Positions 26,698 through 37,294 are shown, counted from the first letter of the stretch. The stretch is DNA of 41,468 nucleotides from Verrucomicrobiales bacterium (GCA_040375265.1 JBEISV010000003.1:1-41468), one strand, 5' to 3'. Numbers and translations are program-made. Notes: generated by a model from the letters alone, not told the origin.

Positions 26698-28365
26698 TCA
26701 GAGCGGGGTTGCCCGCAGCAGTTCCTCGGCGTGCCGGCGGGAGGCGTCAGTTGCACCTCCGAGCATGCGCGAGAGCTCCTCGATGCGTTGGGGCCGGTCC
26801 AGCAGGGCCATCCGTGATTCCGTTCGGCCGCCGATGACCAACTTGGATACCACGTAGTGGGCGTCGGCTGCCGCGGCGACCGGCGCCAAGTGCGTGATGC
26901 AAAGCACTTGGTGCTGCCGGGCGATCTGCCTCATCTTCAGGCCCACCGCTCTTGCCGTTTCCCCGCCGACGTTGGCATCCACCTCATCGAAGACCAGCAC
27001 CGGAACTTCGTCTTCAGCCGCCAAGACGGTCTTCAAGGCCATCATGACCCGGGCGAGTTAGCCGCTCGAGGCAATCTCCCGGAGCGAGCGGGCGGGTTCG
27101 CCCGGATTGGGAGCGAACTGAAACTCGCACGCGTCGGCGCCGGTGGCCGTCACCTCCGCCAACGGGGCGAGGGTCACGGTGAAAGCGCTCTGGGGAAACC
27201 CGAGCTGGGCAAGTTCCTTGGCGACGGCTTTCGCCAGTTTTGGGATCAGCTTCCGCCGCGCTGCCGACAGGATCTGCGCGGCCGTCGCCAGTTCGGAGTC
27301 GACTTGCCGCAACTCGTCGTTGAGTCGGGCGACTTCAGCATCCCTTCCTTCGAGCGCGCGCAGCTTGTTTTCGGCCTCCTCGCCGAATGCCATGACCTCA
27401 GCCATGGCAGGGCCGTATTTTCGCTTCAGGGTGTGAAGCAGGCTTAGCCGCTCCTCCAGTTCGCGCAGGCGTGCCGGATCGACGTCAATTTTGTCCGCGT
27501 AGCGCGACAGGTCGGCCTGGAGGTCGCGCAGGAGCGAAACTGCCTGTCCGTGGATTTCCAGGTAACTAGAGGCGTCCGGGTCGATACGGTGAAGTTCGTG
27601 GAGCACTCGGCCGACGGTCCCGAGCGGCGACATGGCGGCTTCGTCGCCATCGCCCAATCCTGACAGCGCCGCTTGGGCGAGTTCCAGCAGCCGGGCGGAA
27701 TTTCTGGCCCGCTGGAAGTCGGATTCGACGCGGGACTCTTCCTCCAGACTGAGGCGGGCTTCGGAAATTTCCCGGACTTGAAAGCGGAGCAGATCGAGCT
27801 GTTGGGCGTAGGTGCGCTCGTCCACGATCAGGTCGGCCTTGGCGGACTCCAGTTCGCCTCGTCGGCGGAACAGTTTGGCGACGTCGGCCAGCGCCGGCTT
27901 GAACCCGCCGAATGCGTCCAGGATCGCGAGCTGTCGGGCCGGTTGCAGTAGTGACTGGTGTTCGTGGGGGCCGTGGAGATCGACGAGCCATTCGCCGAGC
28001 GTTGCTAGTGTTGCCAGCGTGGTGGGTGAGCCGTTGATGAACTGACGATTGGTGCCGGTAACCGTGAACGACCGTTTGACCACCAATTGCCCGTCTTCGC
28101 TGGGTTCCAGCCCGTGTTCGGAGAAGAAATCGGCCAGCGGAACTCGCAGCCCACGGATGTCGAAGACCGCCTCGACTGTGCACGAGTCAGCCCCGCTGCG
28201 GATGGCGGCGCGATCGGCCCGCTGGCCGAGAACCAGGTTCAGGGCTCCCAAGATCACGGATTTCCCCGCCCCGGTCTCGCCCGAGATCGCAATGAAGCCG
28301 CCCCCAAGTTCCAGCGTGAGGTCGGCCACGAGAGCAAGGTTCTTGATGCGCAGTGTGGTCAGCAT
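26698..28365 (-). pseudogene. recN: DNA repair protein RecN with in-frame TAA at 27058-27060 (true nonsense allele or sequence error)
   Basis: MLTTLRIKN, SGETGAGKS, HGPHEHQ, IASSG*LARVMMALK, LVFDEVDANVGG, CITH. The two ORFs are in the same frame and total 555 codons. Confidence 0.9.
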
Positions 28366-28637
28366 TGGCGTCGGTGTTTTCCGGACTCCGCGAGGGAATT
28401 GCCAACATGTTTTTCCGTGACCGGCCACTCGGGAGCCCGAATCGGCGTTCTCGGCGAGTGAGATCGGGCTACAAATTGCATACGACGCCCCGCTGGAATT
28501 TTCCAAACAGCCAACCTTCGGGCTTTGCCCTTGCTCCAAGGGGGGCGCCCGGTAGGGTCGAATCCGCACCGCTCATCGGTCCACCCGCGTGGGTGGCCTT
28601 TGGCATTCGCAGGGTCATCCGTTTCCGTCTAGCGTCC

Positions 28638-29582
28638 GTGAAGATATTCTCTGGCAACGCCAATCCGCAGCTTGCGAAGGCAATCTGCGAGTCCATCCAG
28701 GTGCCCTTGGGGCAATGCACCGTCAGCACCTTTCCCGATGGTGAAACCTTCGTGAAGATCGACGAAAACGTCCGCGGTCACGACGTGTTTGTCCTGCAGA
28801 GCACCAGTCCGCCGACGAATCACCATCTGATGGAAATGTTCATCATGATGGACGCCCTACGCCGGTCGAGCGCGAGCCGGATAACTGCGGTGATACCATT
28901 CTACGGTTACGCCCGGCAGGACCGGAAAGATCAGCCGCGGGTGCCGATCACGGCCAAACTGGTGGCGAATTTGCTCGTAGCTGCCGGCGCCAACCGCGTC
29001 CTTACGATGGACCTGCACGCCCAGCAGATTCAGGGCTTTTTCGACATTCCCGTGGACCATCTTTACGCGGCCCCGGTGATTTACGAATATCTCCATCACC
29101 GCAAGCTGCAGAACATGGTGGTGGTCAGCCCCGACGTGGGTGGGCTCAAGATGGCTTATGCCTACGCCCAGCAACTGGATGCGGAACTGGCCATCGTGGC
29201 AAAGCGGCGGAAGAGCCCCACGGAAACCGAGGCCACGGCGGTGATCGGTGACATCGCCGGCAAGAATGTCCTCATCGTGGATGACCTGACGGAAACGGCC
29301 GGCACCTTGACCAGCGCGGCGGCGCTGCTGAAGGAGCGGGGCGCCGAGAAGATAATGGCCTGCGTTTCGCATGCACTCCTCAATGACCTCGGCATTGAGC
29401 GATTGCGGAAATCGTCTATTGACGAACTGATCACGACCGATACCGTCGCCCGCTCCGCGATTCCGGGGATCAATATAACGACCCTGTCAGTTGCCGGACT
29501 TCTGGGTGAGGCGATCAAACGGATCCATCAGAATTCCAGCGTGACATCGCTGTTCGAGTTTAAGGGCGGGCGGACCAGCTAG
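28638..29582 (+). CDS. prs: Ribose-phosphate pyrophosphokinase
   Basis: GTG start. KIFSGNAN, FPDGE, YGYARQDRK, DLHA.QIQGFF, SPDVGG. Confidence 0.97.
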   Translation: MKIFSGNANPQLAKAICESIQVPLGQCTVSTFPDGETFVKIDENVRGHDVFVLQSTSPPTNHHLMEMFIMMDALRRSSASRITAVIPFYGYARQDRKDQPRVPITAKLVANLLVAAGANRVLTMDLHAQQIQGFFDIPVDHLYAAPVIYEYLHHRKLQNMVVVSPDVGGLKMAYAYAQQLDAELAIVAKRRKSPTETEATAVIGDIAGKNVLIVDDLTETAGTLTSAAALLKERGAEKIMACVSHALLNDLGIERLRKSSIDELITTDTVARSAIPGINITTLSVAGLLGEAIKRIHQNSSVTSLFEFKGGRTS

Positions 29583-29609
29583 GCTGGGCGCCGGCAGATA
29601 CGACAAAAA

Positions 29610-30302
29610 ATGAAATCGGTAGCACTCAAGGCGCATCCGCGCACGCTGTCCCGGCGCAAGGGAGCCAAGGCTGTTCGCGCCAGCGGACGAATTCCCGCGG
29701 TCATCTACGGGAAGCATAATCCCCCTCAAAACCTGGAGATCGATGTGAAGGAGTTTGATGAACTTGTTCATCGCGCCCACACCGAAGTGATTTTGGTGGA
29801 TTTGGCTATCGCCGGCGAAACGGCTGGTTCGCGCTTGGCGCTCGTTCAGGATGTTCAGCACCATCCCCTCTACGACACCACGCTGCACATCGACTTCCAC
29901 GAGGTGAAGTCGGATGAACTGGTGACCATGGAAATCCCGGTGGAGTCTGTGGGAACGCCCGACGGCGTGAAAAGCGGCGGCGGCACGTTGGAGCACGTCC
30001 GCTTCAAGCTGAAGATTCGAGCGTTGCCTGGCAACCTGCCTGAGCAAATTACCGTTGATGTTTCGGCGCTGAAGGTGGGGCAAACGCTGCACATCGGCGA
30101 AATCGTTGCCCCGGAAGGTGTTGAATTCATGGGTGACAAAAAGATTCCTGTGTTCGCGGTGGCAGCCCCGGTGGCGGAAGTCGCCGAGGCGACGGACGCC
30201 GCGGCTGCGACGGCTGGCGCGGATGCGAAGCAGCCTGAAATGATCAAGGAGAAGAAGGCCGATGAAGCGGCCGCCCCTAAGGCTGCCGAGAAGAAGAAGT
30301 AA
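29610..30302 (+). CDS. rplY: 50S ribosomal protein L25/CTC
   Basis: GRIPAVIYG, QHHP..HIDF, GVKSGGG. Follows prs. Confidence 0.96.
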   Translation: MKSVALKAHPRTLSRRKGAKAVRASGRIPAVIYGKHNPPQNLEIDVKEFDELVHRAHTEVILVDLAIAGETAGSRLALVQDVQHHPLYDTTLHIDFHEVKSDELVTMEIPVESVGTPDGVKSGGGTLEHVRFKLKIRALPGNLPEQITVDVSALKVGQTLHIGEIVAPEGVEFMGDKKIPVFAVAAPVAEVAEATDAAAATAGADAKQPEMIKEKKADEAAAPKAAEKKK

Positions 30303-30310
30303 ACTTTGCG

Positions 30311-30349
30311 GGCGGTGGTGGCTTCGAAAGAGCTTCCACCGCCTTTGTT
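30311..30349 (+). terminator. Hairpin between rplY and pth (weak terminator/attenuator)
   Basis: GGCGGTGG...CCACCGCC followed by TTTGTT. Confidence 0.55.
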
Positions 30350-30352
30350 GCC

Positions 30353-30979
30353 TTGAGCGCGCTACGATTAGTCGCTGGATTGGGCAACCCCGGTGGGGAG
30401 TATCAGGCCACGAGACACAACGCCGGATTCATGCTCGTTGATCGGTTGGCGGCCGGGGCGGGAGTTGATTGGCGGCGGGAGAAAAAGTTCTTTGCAGAGG
30501 TTGCTGAGTTTCAGCGCGGCGGGATACGGTGGTTGCTCGCCAAACCGCAGACCTACATGAACCTAAGCGGGGATTGTGTGGGACAGATGGTGAGGTTTTT
30601 CCGGATTCCTTTGTCTGAATTGTTAGTGGTGGTTGATGACGCCGACCTTCCTTTGGGGACAATCAGACTGAAGGCTGAGGGCAGTTCCGGGGGGCATCAC
30701 GGCCTCGAATCAGTTGAGGCGTCATTGGGTGGCAAGAATTACGCGCGATTGAAAATTGGTGTCGCAAGGCCAAGTGATGGCGCGCGAAACATCGCCGGAC
30801 ATGTTTTGGGTCGGTTTGGAGCGGAGGAGCGAGCGATTTTGGAGTTGGTTCTGAGGCGCGCTGCCGACCAAGTAGAGTGCTGGGGAAATGATGGAGTCGC
30901 CAAGGCGATGAACAGATTTAACGGGGCGGTGAAGCCGCCTCAGGAAAGTTTGACTAACGCAGAAAGGAAAACGCAGTGA
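30353..30979 (+). CDS. pth: Peptidyl-tRNA hydrolase
   Basis: GLGNPG, TRHNAGF, KPQTYMNLSG, SSGGHHG. Confidence 0.97.
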   Translation: MSALRLVAGLGNPGGEYQATRHNAGFMLVDRLAAGAGVDWRREKKFFAEVAEFQRGGIRWLLAKPQTYMNLSGDCVGQMVRFFRIPLSELLVVVDDADLPLGTIRLKAEGSSGGHHGLESVEASLGGKNYARLKIGVARPSDGARNIAGHVLGRFGAEERAILELVLRRAADQVECWGNDGVAKAMNRFNGAVKPPQESLTNAERKTQ

Positions 30980-31281
30980 AACGATACGAAGGTTTGTTTA
31001 TTTTGGACCTCACCGGCAAGGAAGAGGGAGTCAACGATGCCGTAGATAAGGTGAAGTCGATCATCACCGATTGCGGTGCCAAGGTGGAAACAGTCCAGAA
31101 GATGGACAAAAAGCCGTTTGCCCGGGTTACGGACAAGGACTTTTCCTCCGGTTACTACGTCAATTTCATTTTTGAGATCGCGCCCGCCGCGGTCGCGGGC
31201 TTGCGAGACAAGTTTCGCTTGGTGGACGAGGTCTATCGCGTTTCCATCAAGCACGCGACGGCGCCTGCTGCCGCGAATTAA
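30976..31281 (+). CDS. rpsF: 30S ribosomal protein S6
   Basis: MKRYEGLFIL...GYYVNFIF. 101 aa. Precedes ssb. Confidence 0.9.
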   Translation: MKRYEGLFILDLTGKEEGVNDAVDKVKSIITDCGAKVETVQKMDKKPFARVTDKDFSSGYYVNFIFEIAPAAVAGLRDKFRLVDEVYRVSIKHATAPAAAN

Positions 31282-31312
31282 AATCGGTAGGGCGGCGAAA
31301 CGACCGTAAGCC

Positions 31313-31777
31313 ATGGCCAGTTACAACAAAGTTGTCCTGCTTGGAAACCTTACCAGGGATCCTGAGTTGCGCTACACGCCGAAAGGCTCGGCGGTGGCAA
31401 GGCTTGGGTTGGCGGTCAATCGTTCCTACAAGACCGAGTCCGGAGAAACGATGGAAGAGGTTACTTTCATCGACATCGACGCCTGGGGAAAACAGGCCGA
31501 GCTGATCGCGCAATATCTTCGCAAAGGCAACCCACTGTTCGTCGAGGGGCGACTGAAGCTGGACCAATGGGACGACAAAAATAGTGGGCAGAAGGTCAGC
31601 AAGCTGCGTGTCGTCATGGAGAACTTCCAGTTCATCGGCGGGCGAGCCGAGGGTGGTGCTGGGGCTCCGCCCGCTGCCGCGCCGGCTCGACAGTCTCGCC
31701 CTCAGCCAAGTTCGACCGCTTCGTCCACTCCAGCGGAATCTGATGGTCCGCCTCCGGACGACGATGTTCCGTTTTGA
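31313..31777 (+). CDS. ssb: Single-stranded DNA-binding protein
   Basis: NKVVLLGNLTRDPELRYTP...DDDVPF. Confidence 0.98.
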   Translation: MASYNKVVLLGNLTRDPELRYTPKGSAVARLGLAVNRSYKTESGETMEEVTFIDIDAWGKQAELIAQYLRKGNPLFVEGRLKLDQWDDKNSGQKVSKLRVVMENFQFIGGRAEGGAGAPPAAAPARQSRPQPSSTASSTPAESDGPPPDDDVPF

Positions 31778-31820
31778 TTCGACCCCAGCTTTTCCTTACA
31801 TTTTCAGAAAGTTTTTACGT

Positions 31821-32435
31821 ATGGCCAAAACCGAAGTCATCCTTATCAAGAACGTGGTTGGGCTCGGCGGCGAGACCGATCAGGTCGCCGTTGCCGCCGG
31901 CTACGCACGAAATTATCTCATTCCTCAGGGGCTTGCCGTCCTAGTTTCGAGTGGCAACCGGAAATGGTTGGATAACTTGAAGAAGCGCCGGGCTGAACGC
32001 GAAGCCCATGAGCTCAACACGATGGCTGAGCTCGGGAAGAGCCTGTCGAAGGTGACGGTCACGATCTCGGTCAAGACCGGTGAGGATGGCAAGCTGTTCG
32101 GTTCCGTGACCAACGGCTCCATTTCGGACGCCTTGAAGACCCAGTTGGACGTGTCCCTCGACAAGAAGAAAATCCACTTGGAGAAGGCGATTCATGCGCT
32201 GGGCGACTATGAAGTTGAACTTCGTCTCCATCCCGAAGTGCAGTGCACGCTCAAGGTGGTTGTGAAGAGCAGCAATCCGCTGCCCGAACCGTCTGCGGCA
32301 GACGCCAAGGGTGAGGTTGCGGCCAAGTCGGAGAAGCGCGGCCGCCGGGTTGCAGCGGGTGAAAACCCGGGCAAAGTCGCGGACGTGGAGAAGTCAGAGA
32401 AGCCGGCCAAGGAAAAGAAATCGTCCAAAGCTTGA
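31821..32435 (+). CDS. rplI: 50S ribosomal protein L9 with charged C-terminal extension
   Basis: EVILIKNVVGLG, GYARNYLIP, GKLFGSVT, LHPEV. Confidence 0.96.
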   Translation: MAKTEVILIKNVVGLGGETDQVAVAAGYARNYLIPQGLAVLVSSGNRKWLDNLKKRRAEREAHELNTMAELGKSLSKVTVTISVKTGEDGKLFGSVTNGSISDALKTQLDVSLDKKKIHLEKAIHALGDYEVELRLHPEVQCTLKVVVKSSNPLPEPSAADAKGEVAAKSEKRGRRVAAGENPGKVADVEKSEKPAKEKKSSKA

Positions 32436-32453
32436 GTGTGTTCTAACGTTGTT

Positions 32454-32483
32454 AAAAGGCCGGACCGTCAGGTCCGGCCTTTT
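32454..32483. terminator. Bidirectional rho-independent terminator
   Basis: AAAAGGCCGGACC-GTCA-GGTCCGGCCTTTT between convergent genes. Confidence 0.9.
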
Positions 32484-32497
32484 GTATTTGGAAACCG

Positions 32498-33112
32498 TCA
32501 CTGAGGTTTGATCACCCGGCCACCACTCAGGTGGACCGAGCCGTCGCCCCACCATTCGTGACCGTGAATTGGGCAACGCATCACCGCCCGTTGCTGATTT
32601 TCCTCCTCTGTGCCGTTTGGCTGCAGCAACTCGAAACTGATGTTGTCCAGTGTCGTGCCGGACCAATTCGTTGCCGTGGTTCGATTGGTATCACCGCTGC
32701 ACCACAATTTCTCGGGTCGTTTCAAGACCGCCCTCAAGTTCAGAAGCTGTTCCGGATAGGTGCCGTGGTCGATGGCATGGACCTGCATTGCTCGCCCTAC
32801 CGCCATCAGGTTGCCAACGCACATTCCGGTTCCCACCTGCCTTTTGATTTCCCTGCTGGCGGCCATCGCAATCATGACGTGGATGGTCGTGATGAGCGGC
32901 GATAACAGGCCGAGGATGAGGCCGGCAGTTGCGATCTTTCGCCCTCCGAACACCTCCGGTTGCCGCTGGCTCCGGCGCCGGGCGGCCAATCCGGTCGCCA
33001 CGGCCGGAATTCCGGAGATGATGCCCAGCAGGAGGCTGAAAACACCGAAGCCGAGGCTCGCAATCGCCAGTCCGCGTTTTGGGTTGGTGGCGGTGATTGG
33101 TGGGGTGCGCAT
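32498..33112 (-). CDS. DUF4190 membrane protein with C-terminal H-x-DG-type domain
   Basis: GLAIASLGFG...GGRKIATAGLILG, C..NL, CPIHGHEWWGDGSV. Start uncertain (33112 or 33187). Confidence 0.75.
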   Translation of the reverse strand: MRTPPITATNPKRGLAIASLGFGVFSLLLGIISGIPAVATGLAARRRSQRQPEVFGGRKIATAGLILGLLSPLITTIHVMIAMAASREIKRQVGTGMCVGNLMAVGRAMQVHAIDHGTYPEQLLNLRAVLKRPEKLWCSGDTNRTTATNWSGTTLDNISFELLQPNGTEEENQQRAVMRCPIHGHEWWGDGSVHLSGGRVIKPQ

Positions 33113-33241
33113 TATCGATCCTGAAATCGGGGATGCCGGCTCGGTGACGGTCGGTTTCTCCCCGTAACACCCGCCGGTTGTGAACAAGTTGCGGAAATTC
33201 TGTCCGCGCAGTCTGGGGCGAGATTCTGCAGACTGGTCCCG

Positions 33242-34702
33242 ATGTTCAACGACTCAGATTCGGTTCCTCCCAGGGGGGAAGGGCCGGACTTCAAGCGTTC
33301 ACGGCGCAAGAAAGACACTTCGGTCGACCTGATGAAACTGGACCGCCTTCCTCCGCATTCCCTGGAGGCGGAGCAGGGGGTTTTGGGCTGCGTGCTCTTG
33401 TCGCCCAATGAGTCCTTGGGGCTATGTGTGGACAAGCTGAAGGGAGGACCTGAATCGTTCTATGACCTACGCCACCAGACGCTCTATGAGCTGCTGGTGG
33501 AGATGTATGACCGCAAGGATCCCATCGACTTGATCACGGTCCAGCAGAAGCTGAAGGACGCGGGCACGCTCGAGGGGGTTGGCGGATTGGCTTACCTGTC
33601 CAACCTGATGGACGCGGTTCCGAGCGCCGCAAATCTGGCCTATTACCTCGAAATCATGAGGGAAAAGCACGTCCTCCGGCGGATGCTGAAGTCCTGCACG
33701 CAGGTGATCGGTCGGGTGCATGAGCATCAGGGTGAAGTGGATGCCCTTATTGACGAGGTTGAGCGGGATATCCTGAAGATCAGCGAGGAACGCGAAGAGG
33801 CGGGCATCCGGGGCATGAAGGATCTGGTCCGGGGGGCCATAGACCTGATCCAGAGTTACCATGCACGGGCCGGCGGGTTGACGGGCATTGGCACCGGATT
33901 GCCGGATCTCGACAAACTGACCAGCGGTTTGCATGAGGGGGAAATGATCGTCATCGCGGCTCGGCCTTCCGTGGGCAAGACGTCCTTGGCGATGAACATC
34001 GTTGAGCACGTCATTGTCAACGAAGGCCACCCTGTCGGAGTGTTTAGCCTCGAAATGACGTCCGAATCGCTCGTCATGCGTATGTTGTGTTCCATGGCAC
34101 GGGTGAACGGGCGCGCCATCCGCGACGGTTTCCTGTCCGAGCAGGACATGCGCAAACTGACCGGTGCTGCGTCCAAGATGGCTAAGGCGCCGCTCTACAT
34201 CGACGACACTTCCGGCCTTTCGATTCTCCAACTTCGTGCGCGCGCCCGCCGGATGTGGCAGCAACACGGGATCAAGCTCATCATCATCGACTACTTGCAG
34301 CTGCTCCATTCGAGTTCCCGTAAGGCCCAGGACAACCGTCAGCAGGAGGTGGCGGAAATCTCGTCCGGGGTAAAGGCCCTCGCCAAGGAACTCAAAGTGC
34401 CGGTGATCGTCCTTAGCCAGCTGAACCGTGACGTCGAGAAGCGCGGGAAATCCGAGAAACCCAAGTTGAGTGACCTGCGCGAATCCGGCTCAATTGAGCA
34501 AGATGCCGACGTCGTCGGTCTGCTCTACCGTGTGGAGTCCGAAGAAGACGAAAGCGATCCCGCGGCAGACTCGATCCGGGTCAACCTCATGATCGCCAAA
34601 CAACGTAACGGTCCGGCGGGCGACGACGTGAAACTTATCTTCCGCAAGGGCCTGACTCGCTACGAATGCACGTCGCCCATCGCGGACGACGCCGCCCAAT
34701 GA
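33242..34702 (+). CDS. dnaB: Replicative DNA helicase
   Basis: PPHSLEAEQ, AARPSVGKT, IDYLQL, LSQLNR, LSDLRESGSIEQDAD, KQRNGP. No intein. Confidence 0.98.
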   Translation: MFNDSDSVPPRGEGPDFKRSRRKKDTSVDLMKLDRLPPHSLEAEQGVLGCVLLSPNESLGLCVDKLKGGPESFYDLRHQTLYELLVEMYDRKDPIDLITVQQKLKDAGTLEGVGGLAYLSNLMDAVPSAANLAYYLEIMREKHVLRRMLKSCTQVIGRVHEHQGEVDALIDEVERDILKISEEREEAGIRGMKDLVRGAIDLIQSYHARAGGLTGIGTGLPDLDKLTSGLHEGEMIVIAARPSVGKTSLAMNIVEHVIVNEGHPVGVFSLEMTSESLVMRMLCSMARVNGRAIRDGFLSEQDMRKLTGAASKMAKAPLYIDDTSGLSILQLRARARRMWQQHGIKLIIIDYLQLLHSSSRKAQDNRQQEVAEISSGVKALAKELKVPVIVLSQLNRDVEKRGKSEKPKLSDLRESGSIEQDADVVGLLYRVESEEDESDPAADSIRVNLMIAKQRNGPAGDDVKLIFRKGLTRYECTSPIADDAAQ

Positions 34703-34802
34703 AACGGCATTCGCGCACAGAAGGGTTGCAGGGAGGCGGCTTGGCAGGCTTCCATCGCCCGTCAATTCGACCGGATTCGATTAACCGGCCCCGACGTATC
34801 GG

Positions 34803-37259
34803 ATGAAATTCAAATCGCCCCGTTCCCAGCGCGTGCTCGCGCTTCTTGTCGCCTGCCTCCAAATGGCGGCGGTTGCGCAGCAGACCCGCCCTCCGCAGCC
34901 CACCATTGAGGCGATCACTATCCGGCATGTCGGCCCCGCGGCGGTCAGCGATGATCTCGTGCGTGCCAACATCCGGCTGAAGGTCGGCGATGAGTTCAAC
35001 CGGATTCGGGTCGACGACGATGTCCGCGGCCTACTGGGCACCGGCTACTTCTACAACGTGCGGGTCGGCGAGGAACGCACCGCCACCGGCATCAAGCTGA
35101 GCTATGTCATCCAGGGCAAACCCGTGCTGACGGAGGTTCGGTTCAGCGGCAACAAGAAATACAGCGTCAGCAAGCTGAGGAAAAAGGTGACGTCGAAGAT
35201 CGGCGAACCGCTGGACGAGCGGAAGCTGTTCGAGGATTCGCAGGAAATCCTCAAGATGTATCAGAAGGCCGGGTTGCAGAAGACGGCGGTCAAGGCGGTC
35301 CCCAGCGTCAACGGTGAGCTGGGTAAGGGCACCGTTACCTTCGAGATTGTCGAGGCGCCCAAGGTTCGCATCACCGACGTCAAATTCGACAACGCCACGG
35401 CCTTCAAACAACGGAAGCTGCGCCGCGTCATCAAGACCCGGCGCTGGTGGTGGCTGTCTTGGTTGACCGGATCGGGCAAGCTGAAGGACGACCAGTTTGA
35501 GGAGGACAAGGAGAAGCTGCACGAATTCTACAACGAGGAAGGCTACATCGACTTCGACCTCAAGGATGTGAAGTTCGAATATGCCAAGACGAACCGGATG
35601 GTGCTCCGGCTCGATGTCTTGGAAGGCACTCCCTACACGGTCTCGGGCGTTGACTTCAAAGGCAACGAACTCTTCACCCAGAACGAGATCCTCGCGAACC
35701 TCCGCGACAACAACAACCTGAAGGTCCGCCTCACGCTGAAGCCGGGCGAGACGTTTACGCCGAAGAAGCTCCAGAAGGACGTCGAGGCGATCGAGAATTT
35801 CTACGGCTCGCAAGGCTACATTGATGCCCGAGTGATTCCCCAGAAGATTGCCAACATCGAGAAGGGCGCCTTGGACCTCCAATACAGCGTGCGCGAGGGG
35901 GACAAGTTCTACGTCGAAAAGATCGAGATCAAGGGCAACACCAAGACCAAGGACAAGGTCATCCGCCGCGAATTGGCGATCAGCCCAGGCGAGCCGTTCG
36001 ACATGGTTCGCGTCAAGATCAGCAAGCAGCGGCTGGAGCAGATGCAGTATTTCGAGAAGGTCGACACCTCGAATGATCCGACCACGGTCGAAAATCGCCG
36101 CAACCTAGTCATCGGGGTCGAGGAAAAGAACACCGGCAACATCTCGGTGGGCGCCGGCTTCAGTTCCGTCGACAAATTGGTTGGCTTCGTCGAAGTCACG
36201 CAGGGGAACTTCGACCTTTTCAATCCGCCCTATTTCACCGGCGGCGGCCAAAAGGCTCGTCTTCGCGTGCAATACGGAACTCGTCGGCAGGATTACCTGC
36301 TTGGATTTACGGAGCCATGGTTCCTCGGCCGCCGGCTGCGGTTCGACAGCGAGGTCTACTACCGTGAGCTGAACTATTTCTCGGACAATTTCACCCAAAT
36401 CCAGGCGGGTGGACGCATGGGGTTGACCCGACAGCTGCCCTTCAATTTCGTGGCGGGCGTAAACTACACGTTGGAGAACATCGAAATCGATTTCTCCGAC
36501 GCCTACCGAGCGCAATACCCCCTCAGCGGCCCGCAGCCGGTGTTGCTCCAGGAAGAGGGTTCCCGGCTGTTCTCACGCGTTGGTTTTACCTTGGCGCATG
36601 ACACCCGGAACAACGTCACGCTGCCCACCCGTGGTCACCGGATTGAACTGAATCCGGAACTGGTCGGCGGACCGTTTGGTGGCGACGTTGACTTCTACAA
36701 GTTGGAACTGAGGGCCGCCCAGTATTGGAATCCGGCCCGCCACTTCGACGAAGGCGGCATCTGGCGGGATATCCTTGACGGCCACGTGCTGGAATTGAGC
36801 GGACGAGCCGGCGTGGTTGAGGCCTACGGACGGGGCGATCAGGGCAACAAGACGCGCGTGCCGCTGTCCGATCGTTACTTCCTCGGCGGACTTTATTCGC
36901 TGCGCGGCTTCGACTACCGGGATGTGGGCCCGCGCGACGAGCTGACGCTGGAACCCATCGGTGGCAATACCTACTGGTTTGCCTCGGCGGAATACAGCAT
37001 CCCCATCATTGAACGCCTTCGGCTCGCCGCGTTCTACGACGCCGGCATGGTGTTCCGCGATTCCTTCAGCTTCACGCCGACGACCTACCTGGACGGTTCC
37101 AGCACCGGTAGTTACAACGACAACATCGGCTTCGGCATCCGCCTCAACCTGCCGATCGGCCCCCTCCGGCTAGATTACGGCATCCCGATGACCAAGGACA
37201 AGTTTTCGGGCAGCAGCGGCCGGTTCCAATTCGGCGTTGGCTATACCCGCGATTTCTGA
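34803..37259 (+). CDS. bamA: Outer membrane protein assembly factor BamA
   Basis: POTRA repeats (GNTKTKDKVIRRE), SLRGF, IGPLRLDYG, C-terminal F. Confidence 0.96.
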   Translation: MKFKSPRSQRVLALLVACLQMAAVAQQTRPPQPTIEAITIRHVGPAAVSDDLVRANIRLKVGDEFNRIRVDDDVRGLLGTGYFYNVRVGEERTATGIKLSYVIQGKPVLTEVRFSGNKKYSVSKLRKKVTSKIGEPLDERKLFEDSQEILKMYQKAGLQKTAVKAVPSVNGELGKGTVTFEIVEAPKVRITDVKFDNATAFKQRKLRRVIKTRRWWWLSWLTGSGKLKDDQFEEDKEKLHEFYNEEGYIDFDLKDVKFEYAKTNRMVLRLDVLEGTPYTVSGVDFKGNELFTQNEILANLRDNNNLKVRLTLKPGETFTPKKLQKDVEAIENFYGSQGYIDARVIPQKIANIEKGALDLQYSVREGDKFYVEKIEIKGNTKTKDKVIRRELAISPGEPFDMVRVKISKQRLEQMQYFEKVDTSNDPTTVENRRNLVIGVEEKNTGNISVGAGFSSVDKLVGFVEVTQGNFDLFNPPYFTGGGQKARLRVQYGTRRQDYLLGFTEPWFLGRRLRFDSEVYYRELNYFSDNFTQIQAGGRMGLTRQLPFNFVAGVNYTLENIEIDFSDAYRAQYPLSGPQPVLLQEEGSRLFSRVGFTLAHDTRNNVTLPTRGHRIELNPELVGGPFGGDVDFYKLELRAAQYWNPARHFDEGGIWRDILDGHVLELSGRAGVVEAYGRGDQGNKTRVPLSDRYFLGGLYSLRGFDYRDVGPRDELTLEPIGGNTYWFASAEYSIPIIERLRLAAFYDAGMVFRDSFSFTPTTYLDGSSTGSYNDNIGFGIRLNLPIGPLRLDYGIPMTKDKFSGSSGRFQFGVGYTRDF

Positions 37260-37294
37260 CAACCTGAACCCTGTTTGAGCGAAATTTACCGAGC

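Noticed and set aside
26698-27045. Separate 115-aa gene, programmed split or stop-codon recoding of recN
   Set aside because: It is the in-frame RecN C-terminus. The break cuts the signature motif and TAA terminates other genes normally.
28366-28637. Possible tRNA-Gln upstream of prs (GGTCGAATCC resembles a T-loop)
   Set aside because: No T-stem pairing, acceptor stem or CCA. Likely just the divergent recN/prs promoter region.
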